Positions 19,954-29,309 of a stretch of 64,000 nucleotides of DNA are shown in pieces. The DNA is from Desulfatiglandales bacterium. GTDB lineage: Bacteria > Desulfobacterota > DSM-4660 > Desulfatiglandales > HGW-15. The notes beneath the pieces were generated by a model. That model searched no databases. It was not told the DNA's origin and saw only the letters and a program-made list of their open reading frames with translations. Position 1 is the stretch's first letter; the number at the start of each line of letters is the position of its first letter. The stretch spans positions 640,001 through 704,000 of the forward strand of contig CAXXJJ010000004.1 in assembly GCA_963667015.2 (NCBI GenBank), read 5' to 3'. A program made the translations under genes and the position numbers.

Positions 19954-20732
19954 GTAATGAGGTAAATAAAGTGCAAAATAAATGCATTGATATCGTATAC
20001 GGGCCTGTCCATTCAAGAAGATTCGGAATTTCACTGGGCCTGAACATATCCGGCAGCGGAAAATACTGCTCCTTTAACTGCATTTACTGTTTCAGGGGCA
20101 AGAATGACGGAAGCCCTGATGATGCTGAATTCAGGGCGAATCTTCCTTCTGTCGAATATGTACTGGATTCACTTGAAAAGTGGATAAATGCTCCTCATGA
20201 TAAAATTGATGACATCACACTGGCAGGAAATGCAGAACCTACAAATCACCCTGATTTTCCGGAGATAGTAGACGGAGTTATCAAACTGAGAGACAGGTAC
20301 CTGCCGGATGTAGAGGTGTCAGTGCTAACAAACGGAATGGGACTTATCCCGCGCCTTAATCAAAGATATATGGACGTTAAATATGCGCTTGAAAGGGTTG
20401 ATAATCCCTGCCTGAAGCTTGACAGCGGCGTTCCCGAAACATGGCGTATAATCTCAAGGCCCTATGCAGGTGTTACCTTTTCGGAGTGGTTTGATGCAGT
20501 AAGAATTCTTGATGCGCCCATAGTCCAGACGATACTGATGAATGGATTTGCGGATAATACTACAGCCGGGGAATTGGCAAAATTAAGGGAATGCTATGTG
20601 ATACTTAATCCAAAGAAAGTAGATGTAATAAATATTGATAAACCTACAGCATTATCCAGTGTTTATCCTGTTGAGGAAAAAGAATTCGATAAGGCAAAAG
20701 CGTTTCTTACAGATTGGAAGGATACAACATGA
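19950..20732 (+). CDS. Radical SAM protein (COG0731-like, function unknown)
   Basis: YGPVHSRRFGISLG, CSFNCIYC and ITLAGNAEPT. ATGA overlaps with both neighbours. Confidence 0.85.
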   Translation: MSNEVNKVQNKCIDIVYGPVHSRRFGISLGLNISGSGKYCSFNCIYCFRGKNDGSPDDAEFRANLPSVEYVLDSLEKWINAPHDKIDDITLAGNAEPTNHPDFPEIVDGVIKLRDRYLPDVEVSVLTNGMGLIPRLNQRYMDVKYALERVDNPCLKLDSGVPETWRIISRPYAGVTFSEWFDAVRILDAPIVQTILMNGFADNTTAGELAKLRECYVILNPKKVDVINIDKPTALSSVYPVEEKEFDKAKAFLTDWKDTT

Positions 20733-21958
20733 ATAACATCATGCAAAAAAATACAGCCGAAAGACTCGGAGGGAAATCTTTTGGTAAAGGCACAGAGCTT
20801 TATAAATTTGCAAAGATAAAAAAGGCAAAAAAAGAGGCGATGGAGCGTAACCCTGATCGAAAAATAATTGATCTTGGTGTGGGTGAACCTGACTGGCCTG
20901 CCGATCAAATTATTGTGGAGAGGCTTAGGGAGGAGTGCAGCAAACCGGAAAACCGCTTATATGCGGATAATGGATTGCCGGAATTTCAGAACACCTGTTT
21001 AAAATACATGCGCAGAGTTTATGGCATTGATTACCTGACCGAAAAGAATGTCATGCATGGGATAGGCTCTAAGCCTGTACTTGCAATGCTGCCAATGTGT
21101 TTTATAAATCCCGGGGATGTAACACTTATGACAGTGCCGGGCTATCCGGTTCTGGGTACATACACAAAGTATCTTGGCGGAGAAGTATACAATCTGCCCC
21201 TGCTGGAAGAAAATAACTTTTACCCTGATCTGGACACTATCCCGGATGAAATACTGGAAAAGGCAAAACTGCTGTATATCAACTACCCTAACAACCCCAC
21301 AGGACAGGTTGCTACAAAAGAGTTTTATAAAAAGGTTGTTGATTTTGCGAGATGCAATGAAATAGTGATTGTCTCAGATGCCGCCTATTCTTCTCTTGTT
21401 TACGAAGGAACTCCTCTGAGTATTTTTTCAGTGAATAATGCCCTTGATGTTGCCATTGAGATACATTCCCTGTCAAAGGCCTTTAACATGACAGGCTGGA
21501 GACTTGCCTTTATTGCAGGCAGTGAACAGGCGATAAACCTGTATGGAACGGTAAAGGACAATACTGATTCAGGTCAGTTCAGGGCAATACAGAAGGCAGG
21601 ATGCACGGCTCTTGAGCATCCGGAGATTACACAGGGAACAATAATAAAATATTCGAGAAGATTTGATTTGCTTGTTGAAGCGCTGAAAGAGGTAGGATTT
21701 AAAGCTCAAAAACCAGGAGGATCATTTTACTGTTATGTGCCTATTCCAAAGGGAGCAAAGTCGGGACAGGTATTCAACTCCGCAGAACAGGTTGCAGAAT
21801 ATCTTATACATGAGGCATCAATTATAACCGTGCCGTGGGATGATGCGGGTTCTTATCTAAGATTCTCAGTGACATTTGAAGCAGATAGTGAGGAAGATGA
21901 AATAAGGATAATAAATGAAATTGGAAAAAGGTTAAAAGGTCTTGAGCTGGAGTTTTAA
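20729..21958 (+). CDS. dapL: LL-diaminopimelate aminotransferase
   Basis: YKFAKIK, DLGVGEPD, HGIGSKPVLAMLP, NYPNNPTG, HSLSKAFNMTGWR, VKDNTDSGQF. Confidence 0.85.
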   Translation: MNNIMQKNTAERLGGKSFGKGTELYKFAKIKKAKKEAMERNPDRKIIDLGVGEPDWPADQIIVERLREECSKPENRLYADNGLPEFQNTCLKYMRRVYGIDYLTEKNVMHGIGSKPVLAMLPMCFINPGDVTLMTVPGYPVLGTYTKYLGGEVYNLPLLEENNFYPDLDTIPDEILEKAKLLYINYPNNPTGQVATKEFYKKVVDFARCNEIVIVSDAAYSSLVYEGTPLSIFSVNNALDVAIEIHSLSKAFNMTGWRLAFIAGSEQAINLYGTVKDNTDSGQFRAIQKAGCTALEHPEITQGTIIKYSRRFDLLVEALKEVGFKAQKPGGSFYCYVPIPKGAKSGQVFNSAEQVAEYLIHEASIITVPWDDAGSYLRFSVTFEADSEEDEIRIINEIGKRLKGLELEF

Positions 21959-21997
21959 ATTAATGTAATAGTTTTCGTTATTTTGTATTGCGCTTTT

Positions 21998-22025
21998 GTA
22001 AGGGCACGATGCATCGTGCCCCTAC
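21998..22025. repeat. REP-like palindrome GTAAGGGCACGATGCATCGTGCCCCTAC
   Basis: GC-rich hairpin bounded by GTAA/CTAC; relatives at 24669, 32304, 41735, 55523 and 57518. Confidence 0.7.
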
Positions 22026-22074
22026 AGTATGCTAATATATAGATACCAATAATATATGAGGTGATTAGATAAAA

Positions 22075-23340
22075 ATGTCTGTAAAAAACCTTCCTTTTAC
22101 AAAGGATATGCTTGAAATAATAACCGAGAATTTCCCGACACCCTTTCATATCTACGACGAAAAAGCGATAAGAGAAAATGCACGGGATCTGATCAGCGCT
22201 TTCAACTGGAATAATGGCTTCAAAGAGTACTTTGCAGTAAAGGCAACACCGAACCCCTTTATATTAAAAATACTTCACAGTGAAGGGTTCGGAGCAGACT
22301 GCAGTTCTTTACCTGAACTGCTCCTGTCTGATAAGGCCGGTATTACCGGAGAGGAAATCATGTTTACATCCAATGATACACCTGCACATGAATTTGTAAT
22401 AGCAAGGGAAATGGGCGCTGTTATCAACCTGGATGACATCAGCCATATCCCTTTTCTTGAAAAAACATGCGGCATCCCCGAGGTTATATCAGTAAGATAT
22501 AATCCGGGCAGGCTCAGGGACGGAAGTTTCATTATTGGAAACCCCGAAGATGCAAAGTATGGATTTACCAGGGAACAGGTTTTTTTGGGACTTACCCAGC
22601 TGCAGCAGAAAGGAGCAAAGAGATTTGGCGTACATACATTCATTGCCTCAAATGAGCTTAACCAGGACTATTTTGTTGATACGGCTGATATGCTCTTTGA
22701 ACTGGCTGTAGAAATAATGGAAAAATTAGATATCCGGCTGGAATTCGTTAATATCAGCGGAGGAATCGGTATTCCTTATAAACCGGATGAAAAAAAGGTT
22801 GATCTGGCTTATGTCGGGGAGAATATACACAAAAAATACGATGAAAAGATAAAGGATACCGACCTTGATCCACTCTCCTTTTTCATGGAATGCGGCCGGG
22901 CAATAACAGGACCATACGGGTATCTTGTTTCCAGGGTGCTGCATAAAAAAGAGATATACAAAACCCATATCGGGCTTGATGCAAATATGGCAAACCTTAT
23001 GCGACCGGGGATGTATGGGGCCTATCATCATGTAACAGTCCCCGGGAAAGAAGACTGGAAGCAGGATTACATTTACGATTTAACCGGTTCTTTGTGTGAA
23101 TCAATAGACAGGTTTGCCGTGGACCGGAAATTACCAGAGATCGAGTTGGGTGACCTGGTTGTTATTCATGACACCGGGGCCCACGGGCATTCCATGGGTT
23201 TTAACTACAATGGCAAACTTCGTTCTTCGGAATTGCTGCTGCGCGAGAACGGCGAAGTTATCGAGATCAGGAGACCAGAGACAATCGATGACTATTTTGC
23301 AACACTGGATTTCAATAAACTTGAGGGTTTTAAGGTTTAG
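22075..23340 (+). CDS. lysA: Diaminopimelate decarboxylase
   Basis: PTPFHIYDE, YFAVKATPN, NISGGIG, ECGRAI, TGSLCE, HDTGAHG.SM..NYNG. Confidence 0.9.
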   Translation: MSVKNLPFTKDMLEIITENFPTPFHIYDEKAIRENARDLISAFNWNNGFKEYFAVKATPNPFILKILHSEGFGADCSSLPELLLSDKAGITGEEIMFTSNDTPAHEFVIAREMGAVINLDDISHIPFLEKTCGIPEVISVRYNPGRLRDGSFIIGNPEDAKYGFTREQVFLGLTQLQQKGAKRFGVHTFIASNELNQDYFVDTADMLFELAVEIMEKLDIRLEFVNISGGIGIPYKPDEKKVDLAYVGENIHKKYDEKIKDTDLDPLSFFMECGRAITGPYGYLVSRVLHKKEIYKTHIGLDANMANLMRPGMYGAYHHVTVPGKEDWKQDYIYDLTGSLCESIDRFAVDRKLPEIELGDLVVIHDTGAHGHSMGFNYNGKLRSSELLLRENGEVIEIRRPETIDDYFATLDFNKLEGFKV

Positions 23341-23366
23341 TTTACAGACATATAAAGGACAAAATC

Positions 23367-24589
23367 ATGGACCACATTTATATCTGCACCGGTCATTCAT
23401 TAAAAATCCCTGATATCGTTGACAGCCGGGGAATCTATATATTTGATGATAAAGGAAATCGTTATATGGACCTGGAGTCCGGAACATGGAGCGTTTCTCT
23501 GGGACACAATAACAAGAAGATCAACGATGTCATTCAAAAACAGATAAATACCCTGATGCATGCCGGTTTTTGTTATTCCAGCAAGATACTTGAAGAATCA
23601 GCAAAAGCAGTTCTGGATGTTGTAGATTTTAAAGATGGAAAGTGTGTCTTTCTGTGCTCAGGAAGCGAGGCAATTGAAATATCCAGGCAGATTTCAAGAC
23701 ATCTTACCGGCAGATCAAAATCCATGACATTGCACGACTCATATCTTGGCGCATATGCCTCGGTAACAGACAGGACAAAGGACTGGTATGTATTTAACTG
23801 GGAACATTGCCGGGAATGTGAAAAAAATCATGATTGCGATCCTTGCTGCGAGGCATTACAGAAGTATACCTGAATGATATATCTGACTTTATATTTGAAC
23901 CGGGCAGCTCTTCGGGTCTTGTCAGATTTCCGCCGGAGGCACTGATTCAAAATTTAGTCCGGATAGTTCGCAGTAATAAGGGGAAGATTATTGCTAACGA
24001 AGTAACAACCGGTGTCGGGCGTACCGGAATGTGGTTTGGATATCAACACTATGGTATTACGCCAGATTTAATAGCTATAGGGAAAGGTATCGGAAACGGT
24101 TACCCGGTCAGTGTGGCGGCAATCAATAATGATACAGTGAATGAACTGGAGAAGAAGCCATTCAAATATTCCCAGTCCCATCAGAATGATCCGCTGGGGG
24201 CTGCGGTTGTTCTGGAGGTTATTAGAGAAATAGAAGTAAATAACCTGATAGCAGAAGCAAAAGAAAAAGGTATGATATTTTTAGATCAGCTAAACTCCCT
24301 TGTTGATAATAAAACAGTCCTTGCTGTCAGGGGGAGAGGTTTGATGTTTGCCGTTGATATGAGCAATAAAAAAGTAACAGGAGAAATCTATACAGAACTT
24401 CTTAAGCGGGGATATATTGTCGGTAACAGAGGCGAGTCATTCAGGATCGATCCTCCGCTTATTATTAGCAAAGCAGAGTTCAATGGATTTATTGATGCCC
24501 TTAAAAATGCACTGCTTTTAAAAAAATCAGAAAGGAAAAGATCGGGTTCAGCCCTTGACTGTGACAGAATTATTGGAACACATCAATAA
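23367..24589 (+). pseudogene. Class III PLP aminotransferase (ArgD/GabT-like) split by a frameshift near 23860-23875
   Basis: N-half has YMDLESG, SLGH, SGSEA; C-half has FEPG, NEVTTGVGRTG, DLIAIGKGIGNG, RGRGLM, in different frames. May be an assembly indel. Confidence 0.75.
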
Positions 24590-24725
24590 CAAGAAAAACG
24601 TTCGTGTGGAGCGTGAATTGAAATAGTCAAGTAATGTACGTCCAGCACGAACATCCCCCGCCATTTATATAAGGGCGAAAAATATTTCGCCCCTGCATAC
24701 AAAAAATTATTTCATGGGATGTTTA

Positions 24726-25535
24726 TTATTTTGAAAGCGATCTGTAAAGTGCTTCCAGGTTCATATTAAAGATACCTGCTATTGGCCCCTCTTTCGGAAT
24801 ATTGGCAAATTCTTTTGCAACCATTATTTTCTGACGCACTTCCTCAAGATCCAGACCTTCATTTATTGCCCCTCCGACAAAGTCCATCCACTTTCTAATC
24901 TTACCCTTCATGGTTTCAAAGGCGCTTTTATCGGTTACCTCACCGTGACCGGGAATAACACGATCAACATCCAGTTCATTCAACCTGTCGAGTGATTTTA
25001 TCCATTCTTCGGGAAGGGCATCTATAAATATGGGCATGGCCAGGTTGATATTATCGGAGGTAAATAGGACTCTTTCTTCAGGCACATGCACTGCAAGCTG
25101 TTTTGAGGTATGGCCGGGAACGGTAAGTATATTTATTGAGTGGTCGCCGAGATATAGTGTTATCTCTCCATTAATTGAAATATCCGGCGGCCGGAAATAG
25201 AATGTATTATCCGGGTTAGGGCTGTCAGGGGCCATCCATGAAAGCTCTCGAATAAGGTCCTCAACTCTTGCGTTCCTCAGTGCTTTTACGGATTCCTCCG
25301 TCCCTATGACTGTGCCTCCAAGATAACAGCTTCCGCAATAGTGATCTGTATGAGCCTCATTTATAATCACATATTTAACAGGGGCGTGTTCGTTAATCTT
25401 CTGCGCCCAGTCCCGGGCTTCTACAGGAACCATTGGAGTATCAATTACAACAGCCCCTTCTTTTGTTACAATAAAACCTGAATTGCAGCCCTGGAAAGCT
25501 GTTTCAGCATAAACATTATCGGTGATCTTCTGCAT
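24726..25535 (-). CDS. Metallo-beta-lactamase-fold hydrolase (cyclase-like)
   Basis: AVVIDTP, EAHTDH, PGHT, FTSD, VIPGHG. ATG at 25535 has a GAGG RBS. Confidence 0.85.
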   Translation of the reverse strand: MQKITDNVYAETAFQGCNSGFIVTKEGAVVIDTPMVPVEARDWAQKINEHAPVKYVIINEAHTDHYCGSCYLGGTVIGTEESVKALRNARVEDLIRELSWMAPDSPNPDNTFYFRPPDISINGEITLYLGDHSINILTVPGHTSKQLAVHVPEERVLFTSDNINLAMPIFIDALPEEWIKSLDRLNELDVDRVIPGHGEVTDKSAFETMKGKIRKWMDFVGGAINEGLDLEEVRQKIMVAKEFANIPKEGPIAGIFNMNLEALYRSLSK

Positions 25536-25566
25536 ATAAAATCCTCGCCTGTAATATATAAATAGC

Positions 25567-27078
25567 CTACATAACAATGCTTACTGTCTTTACTTCTGTA
25601 TGATAATCAATTGCCGATTTCCCGTTTTCTCTGCCTATGCCGGACTGCTTGAATCCGCCAAATGGCAGATTTGGGTCAGGAGGAAGAGTTGCACCGTTTA
25701 CTGTTATCATACCGGCGTCCACCATTGCTGCTGTCTTTATGGCATTATTGAGGTTTGATGTCCAGATATTGGCTGCCAGACCATAATTTGTATCATTTGC
25801 CTCAGGGATAAGATCTTCAATGGTATCAAATGGTGAAGCTATGAGGACCGGTCCGAATATCTCTTCACGATATATGGCGGCATTTTTATCAACATCCACA
25901 AATATGGTCGGTTTCACAAAATTACCCGGCCTGTCGATGCCTGTTCCGCCTGTTACCAGTTTTGCACCTGAATCAATACCCTTCTGCATATATTCAAGAA
26001 CCCTGACCTTCTGGGATGCATTGATGAGGGGGCCCATCTCATTTTCAGGGTCCATACCCGGACCTACCTTCATTGACTCAGCCCTGCTCTGTATCGCACT
26101 CACGACTTCGTCAAACTTCTTTCGCTGAACAAACAGCCTTGAGCCGGCAACACAGATCTGACCGCAGTTCAAAAAGACACAAAGTGATGCTTCAAACGGT
26201 GCAGATTTCATATCAGCATCATCAAAAATAATACTTGGTGATTTTCCGCCCAGCTCAAGGGAAATCCTTGTAAGATTTTCCATTGCTGCCCTTGCAATGC
26301 TTTTTCCTACTTCAGTGGATCCTGTAAAGGTTATCTTGTTTACCCTTGGATCAGCTACCAGCCTTGATCCTACTGTTCCGCCTGGTCCCTGCAGCAGGTT
26401 TACAACTCCATCAGGAAGACCTGCCACCTGTAGCAGTTCCATAAGTTTTGCTGCGATCAGAGGGGTATCAGAAGCAGGCTTAATTACCATGGTACACCCT
26501 GTTGCAATTGCAGGGGCTATCTTACTTACAAACATGGGCATTGGCGCATTCCACGGTATAACCGCCGCAATAACTCCCACAGGCTGACGCAGGGTATAGG
26601 AAAATACCTGGTCTACATGAGGTAAAAGGGTCATAGGCACGAGGGTTTCACCTGCAATTTTTGTGGCAATACCAGCATAGTACTTTGCAAAATTAATCCC
26701 CATCATACAGTGACCTGGATCTGCGGCAGGTCTGCCAAGGTCCAGGCATTCAATCTGGCAGAGCTCTTCCCTGTGTTTATCGATAAGGTCTGCAAATCTG
26801 AGGAGAATATCCTGGCGTTCAGCCCCGGTCATTTTCTTCCATGGAGACTCATCAAATGCCTTTCGCGCTGCTGTAACGGCCATATCAACATCAATAGCAT
26901 CACTTTTGGATACATGGGCTATAACTTCATTGGTAGCCGGATCTTTTTTCTCAAATGTCTCCCCGCTTACCGCACTCTGCCATTTTCCATCGATACAGTT
27001 TCTAAACTCTTTGGAAAGAAAGTCTTTAACCTGCGGCAATAAATTATACTCTGATACTGATACATATTTACCTGACAT
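25567..27078 (-). CDS. NAD(P)-dependent aldehyde dehydrogenase
   Basis: IPWNAP, FTGSTEVG, LELGGKSP, GQIC, EEIFGPV, PFGGFKQSG. Confidence 0.95.
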   Translation of the reverse strand: MSGKYVSVSEYNLLPQVKDFLSKEFRNCIDGKWQSAVSGETFEKKDPATNEVIAHVSKSDAIDVDMAVTAARKAFDESPWKKMTGAERQDILLRFADLIDKHREELCQIECLDLGRPAADPGHCMMGINFAKYYAGIATKIAGETLVPMTLLPHVDQVFSYTLRQPVGVIAAVIPWNAPMPMFVSKIAPAIATGCTMVIKPASDTPLIAAKLMELLQVAGLPDGVVNLLQGPGGTVGSRLVADPRVNKITFTGSTEVGKSIARAAMENLTRISLELGGKSPSIIFDDADMKSAPFEASLCVFLNCGQICVAGSRLFVQRKKFDEVVSAIQSRAESMKVGPGMDPENEMGPLINASQKVRVLEYMQKGIDSGAKLVTGGTGIDRPGNFVKPTIFVDVDKNAAIYREEIFGPVLIASPFDTIEDLIPEANDTNYGLAANIWTSNLNNAIKTAAMVDAGMITVNGATLPPDPNLPFGGFKQSGIGRENGKSAIDYHTEVKTVSIVM

Positions 27079-27280
27079 AATCCCATCTCCTTTATTTTAA
27101 AAAATATTTTTTTTCGTTAGAATTCCATATAATAACTATTCGATTTACCTTTTTTAACAAGCTGAATTGTATTATCCTGATTTTAAAATAATGATTTTAC
27201 TATGTAGACGTTTTTAAATTGATTACTTATATCAATTCCGATATAACATGTAAAATTCTTTTTATACTTTTACAGGAATT

Positions 27281-29281
27281 GTGATTACGAGAAACCATCA
27301 TGAAACAGAAAGAAAAAAGACAGTTTCATATTCCTGTGAAAAAGAACAGATGGAGGATACAAAAGTGGAACTTCCTGTTTTAAATACCTGGGAAAAAGGC
27401 GATGGTATTATTAATACTGCAAATTCGGTTATAAGCGGTCAACTTTCAGGGCAAAGTACAAAATCCCTTATGGGATGGGGAGGCGTAATGATATGGGACA
27501 GGGATATTGATCCTGTTGACATGCTTTATGCCTATTTAACGCGTGTTGCCTCTGAATCATGCGGAGAATGCACATCGTGCAGGCTGGGAACGGTCCGCCT
27601 GTGCAGGGTCATGGAAAGGATTATTGAGGGTAAGGGCAAAAAAAGTGATCTGGAATTCATAAGATATATGGTGCGCCACATCAGTGCGACAGGAAAATGT
27701 GATATTGGCCGCACCATTTCCAAACCTGTTCTTGACATCCTTGATGCATATGAAGATTCCTTTATTGAAGTAATTGAAAAAAAACGAGGGTTAAGAAAAG
27801 GAAGTTACACTCATTTAATCACTGCCCCCTGTATTAATGCATGTCCTTCGCATCTGGATATCCCCGGATATATCGAAAATGTAAGTATGGGTAACTGGAA
27901 GAAGGCAATGGAAATAGTCCGGAATGACTGCCCTATGCCCGGTACCATAGGCAGGGTATGCGTCCGACCCTGTGAAAGCGCCTGCCGCCGGGGTCTTCTG
28001 GATGAACCTATTTCAATACGCGGTATTAAAAGATTTCTGGCAGACTGTGAGATGAACTGTGTTATTGAAACTGAAGAAAAACCTTCGACTGTTCAAAATC
28101 AGAAAGTCGCAGTAATCGGCGCAGGACCTGCCGGTATTTCATGTGCCTATTATCTTGCCAGGCAGGGTTATCACTGTACCATATTTGAAGCACAGGAAGG
28201 CCCCGGCGGCATGGCTGCCTATGGCATACCTTCCTATCGTTTGCCCCGGAATGTGATCGCACATGAAGTCGCTGTGCTGGAAAAACTCGGTGTTGAGATA
28301 AAATATGGTGTAAATGTAGGAAAAGATATAAGCATGGAAGAAATATCCTCCCGGGGATATGAGGCAGTGTTCGTGGGAGTCGGAGCCCCTGATTCCTCCA
28401 AGATGCGCTGTGAAGGAGAAGATGCCGGATACCGGTGTTTTTTGACAGGGGTGCATTTTCTTTCCGAATCAGCAAGGGGGAGAATACCTGTAGAAGGTAA
28501 AAAACTGGTGGTAATCGGCGGAGGGAATGTGGCAATGGACTGTGTGCGTACCGCCAGAAGGCTTGGATTTGAGGATGTCAATCTGCTCTACCGCAGAACA
28601 GAAGCCGAAATGCCGGCTGATCCACAGGAAATCAGAGAGGCGAAAGAAGAAGGCGTTATATTTCACCATCTTGTTGCACCGGTTGAAATAATAGCCGAAA
28701 ACAATGCAGTGGCAGGATTAAAATGCCTCCGCATGGAGCTTGGTGAACCCGATTCCTCAGGAAGAAGGCGGCCTGTACCTGTTGAAGGGTCGGAGTTTGT
28801 TATTGAGTGCGATGTAATCATCCCGGCAATCGGTCAGGTATGTGTGGTGGACTGTGTACTTCCTGAAGAAGATGTTCTTACATCATGGAAGACCCTTATA
28901 GTAGACCAGACAACATTCCAGTCCGAAAGGCAGCAGATATTCGGCGGTGGTGACTGTGTCACAGGGCCCCAGACCCTTATAGGCGCTCTGGCTGCCGGTA
29001 AAAACGCAGCACGTTTTATTTCTCAATACCTGCAGCAGGGAGAATGCAAACCTGAAATTAATGACCTGCTGCTATCTCTTGCATCTTCAGAAGGTGTTTA
29101 TGATCCGGGAGAGTCTTTTCCCTATCCGGGCATAACCGAAAGGGAAGAACCTTCAGTTCTTGATCCTGAATTCCGTGTCAACGGATTTGATGAGGTAGAA
29201 GAGTGTTTGACACCCTCACAGGCAAGAGTTGAGGCTGACAGATGCCTGAGGTGTTACAGGCTCCTGATGTCAGCAGTATGA
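27281..29281 (+). CDS. FAD/NAD(P) oxidoreductase: NuoF-type 4Fe-4S domain fused to a GltD/NfnB-like domain (probable FDH partner subunit)
   Basis: ESCGECTSCRLGT...CDIG; APCINACP; GRVCVRPCESAC; IGAGPAG; GGGNVAMD; EADRCLRC. Start uncertain (GTG 27281 or ATG 27350). Confidence 0.85.
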   Translation: MITRNHHETERKKTVSYSCEKEQMEDTKVELPVLNTWEKGDGIINTANSVISGQLSGQSTKSLMGWGGVMIWDRDIDPVDMLYAYLTRVASESCGECTSCRLGTVRLCRVMERIIEGKGKKSDLEFIRYMVRHISATGKCDIGRTISKPVLDILDAYEDSFIEVIEKKRGLRKGSYTHLITAPCINACPSHLDIPGYIENVSMGNWKKAMEIVRNDCPMPGTIGRVCVRPCESACRRGLLDEPISIRGIKRFLADCEMNCVIETEEKPSTVQNQKVAVIGAGPAGISCAYYLARQGYHCTIFEAQEGPGGMAAYGIPSYRLPRNVIAHEVAVLEKLGVEIKYGVNVGKDISMEEISSRGYEAVFVGVGAPDSSKMRCEGEDAGYRCFLTGVHFLSESARGRIPVEGKKLVVIGGGNVAMDCVRTARRLGFEDVNLLYRRTEAEMPADPQEIREAKEEGVIFHHLVAPVEIIAENNAVAGLKCLRMELGEPDSSGRRRPVPVEGSEFVIECDVIIPAIGQVCVVDCVLPEEDVLTSWKTLIVDQTTFQSERQQIFGGGDCVTGPQTLIGALAAGKNAARFISQYLQQGECKPEINDLLLSLASSEGVYDPGESFPYPGITEREEPSVLDPEFRVNGFDEVEECLTPSQARVEADRCLRCYRLLMSAV

Positions 29282-29309
29282 CCAAATACAGATCGAAAGG
29301 AAATCTAAA

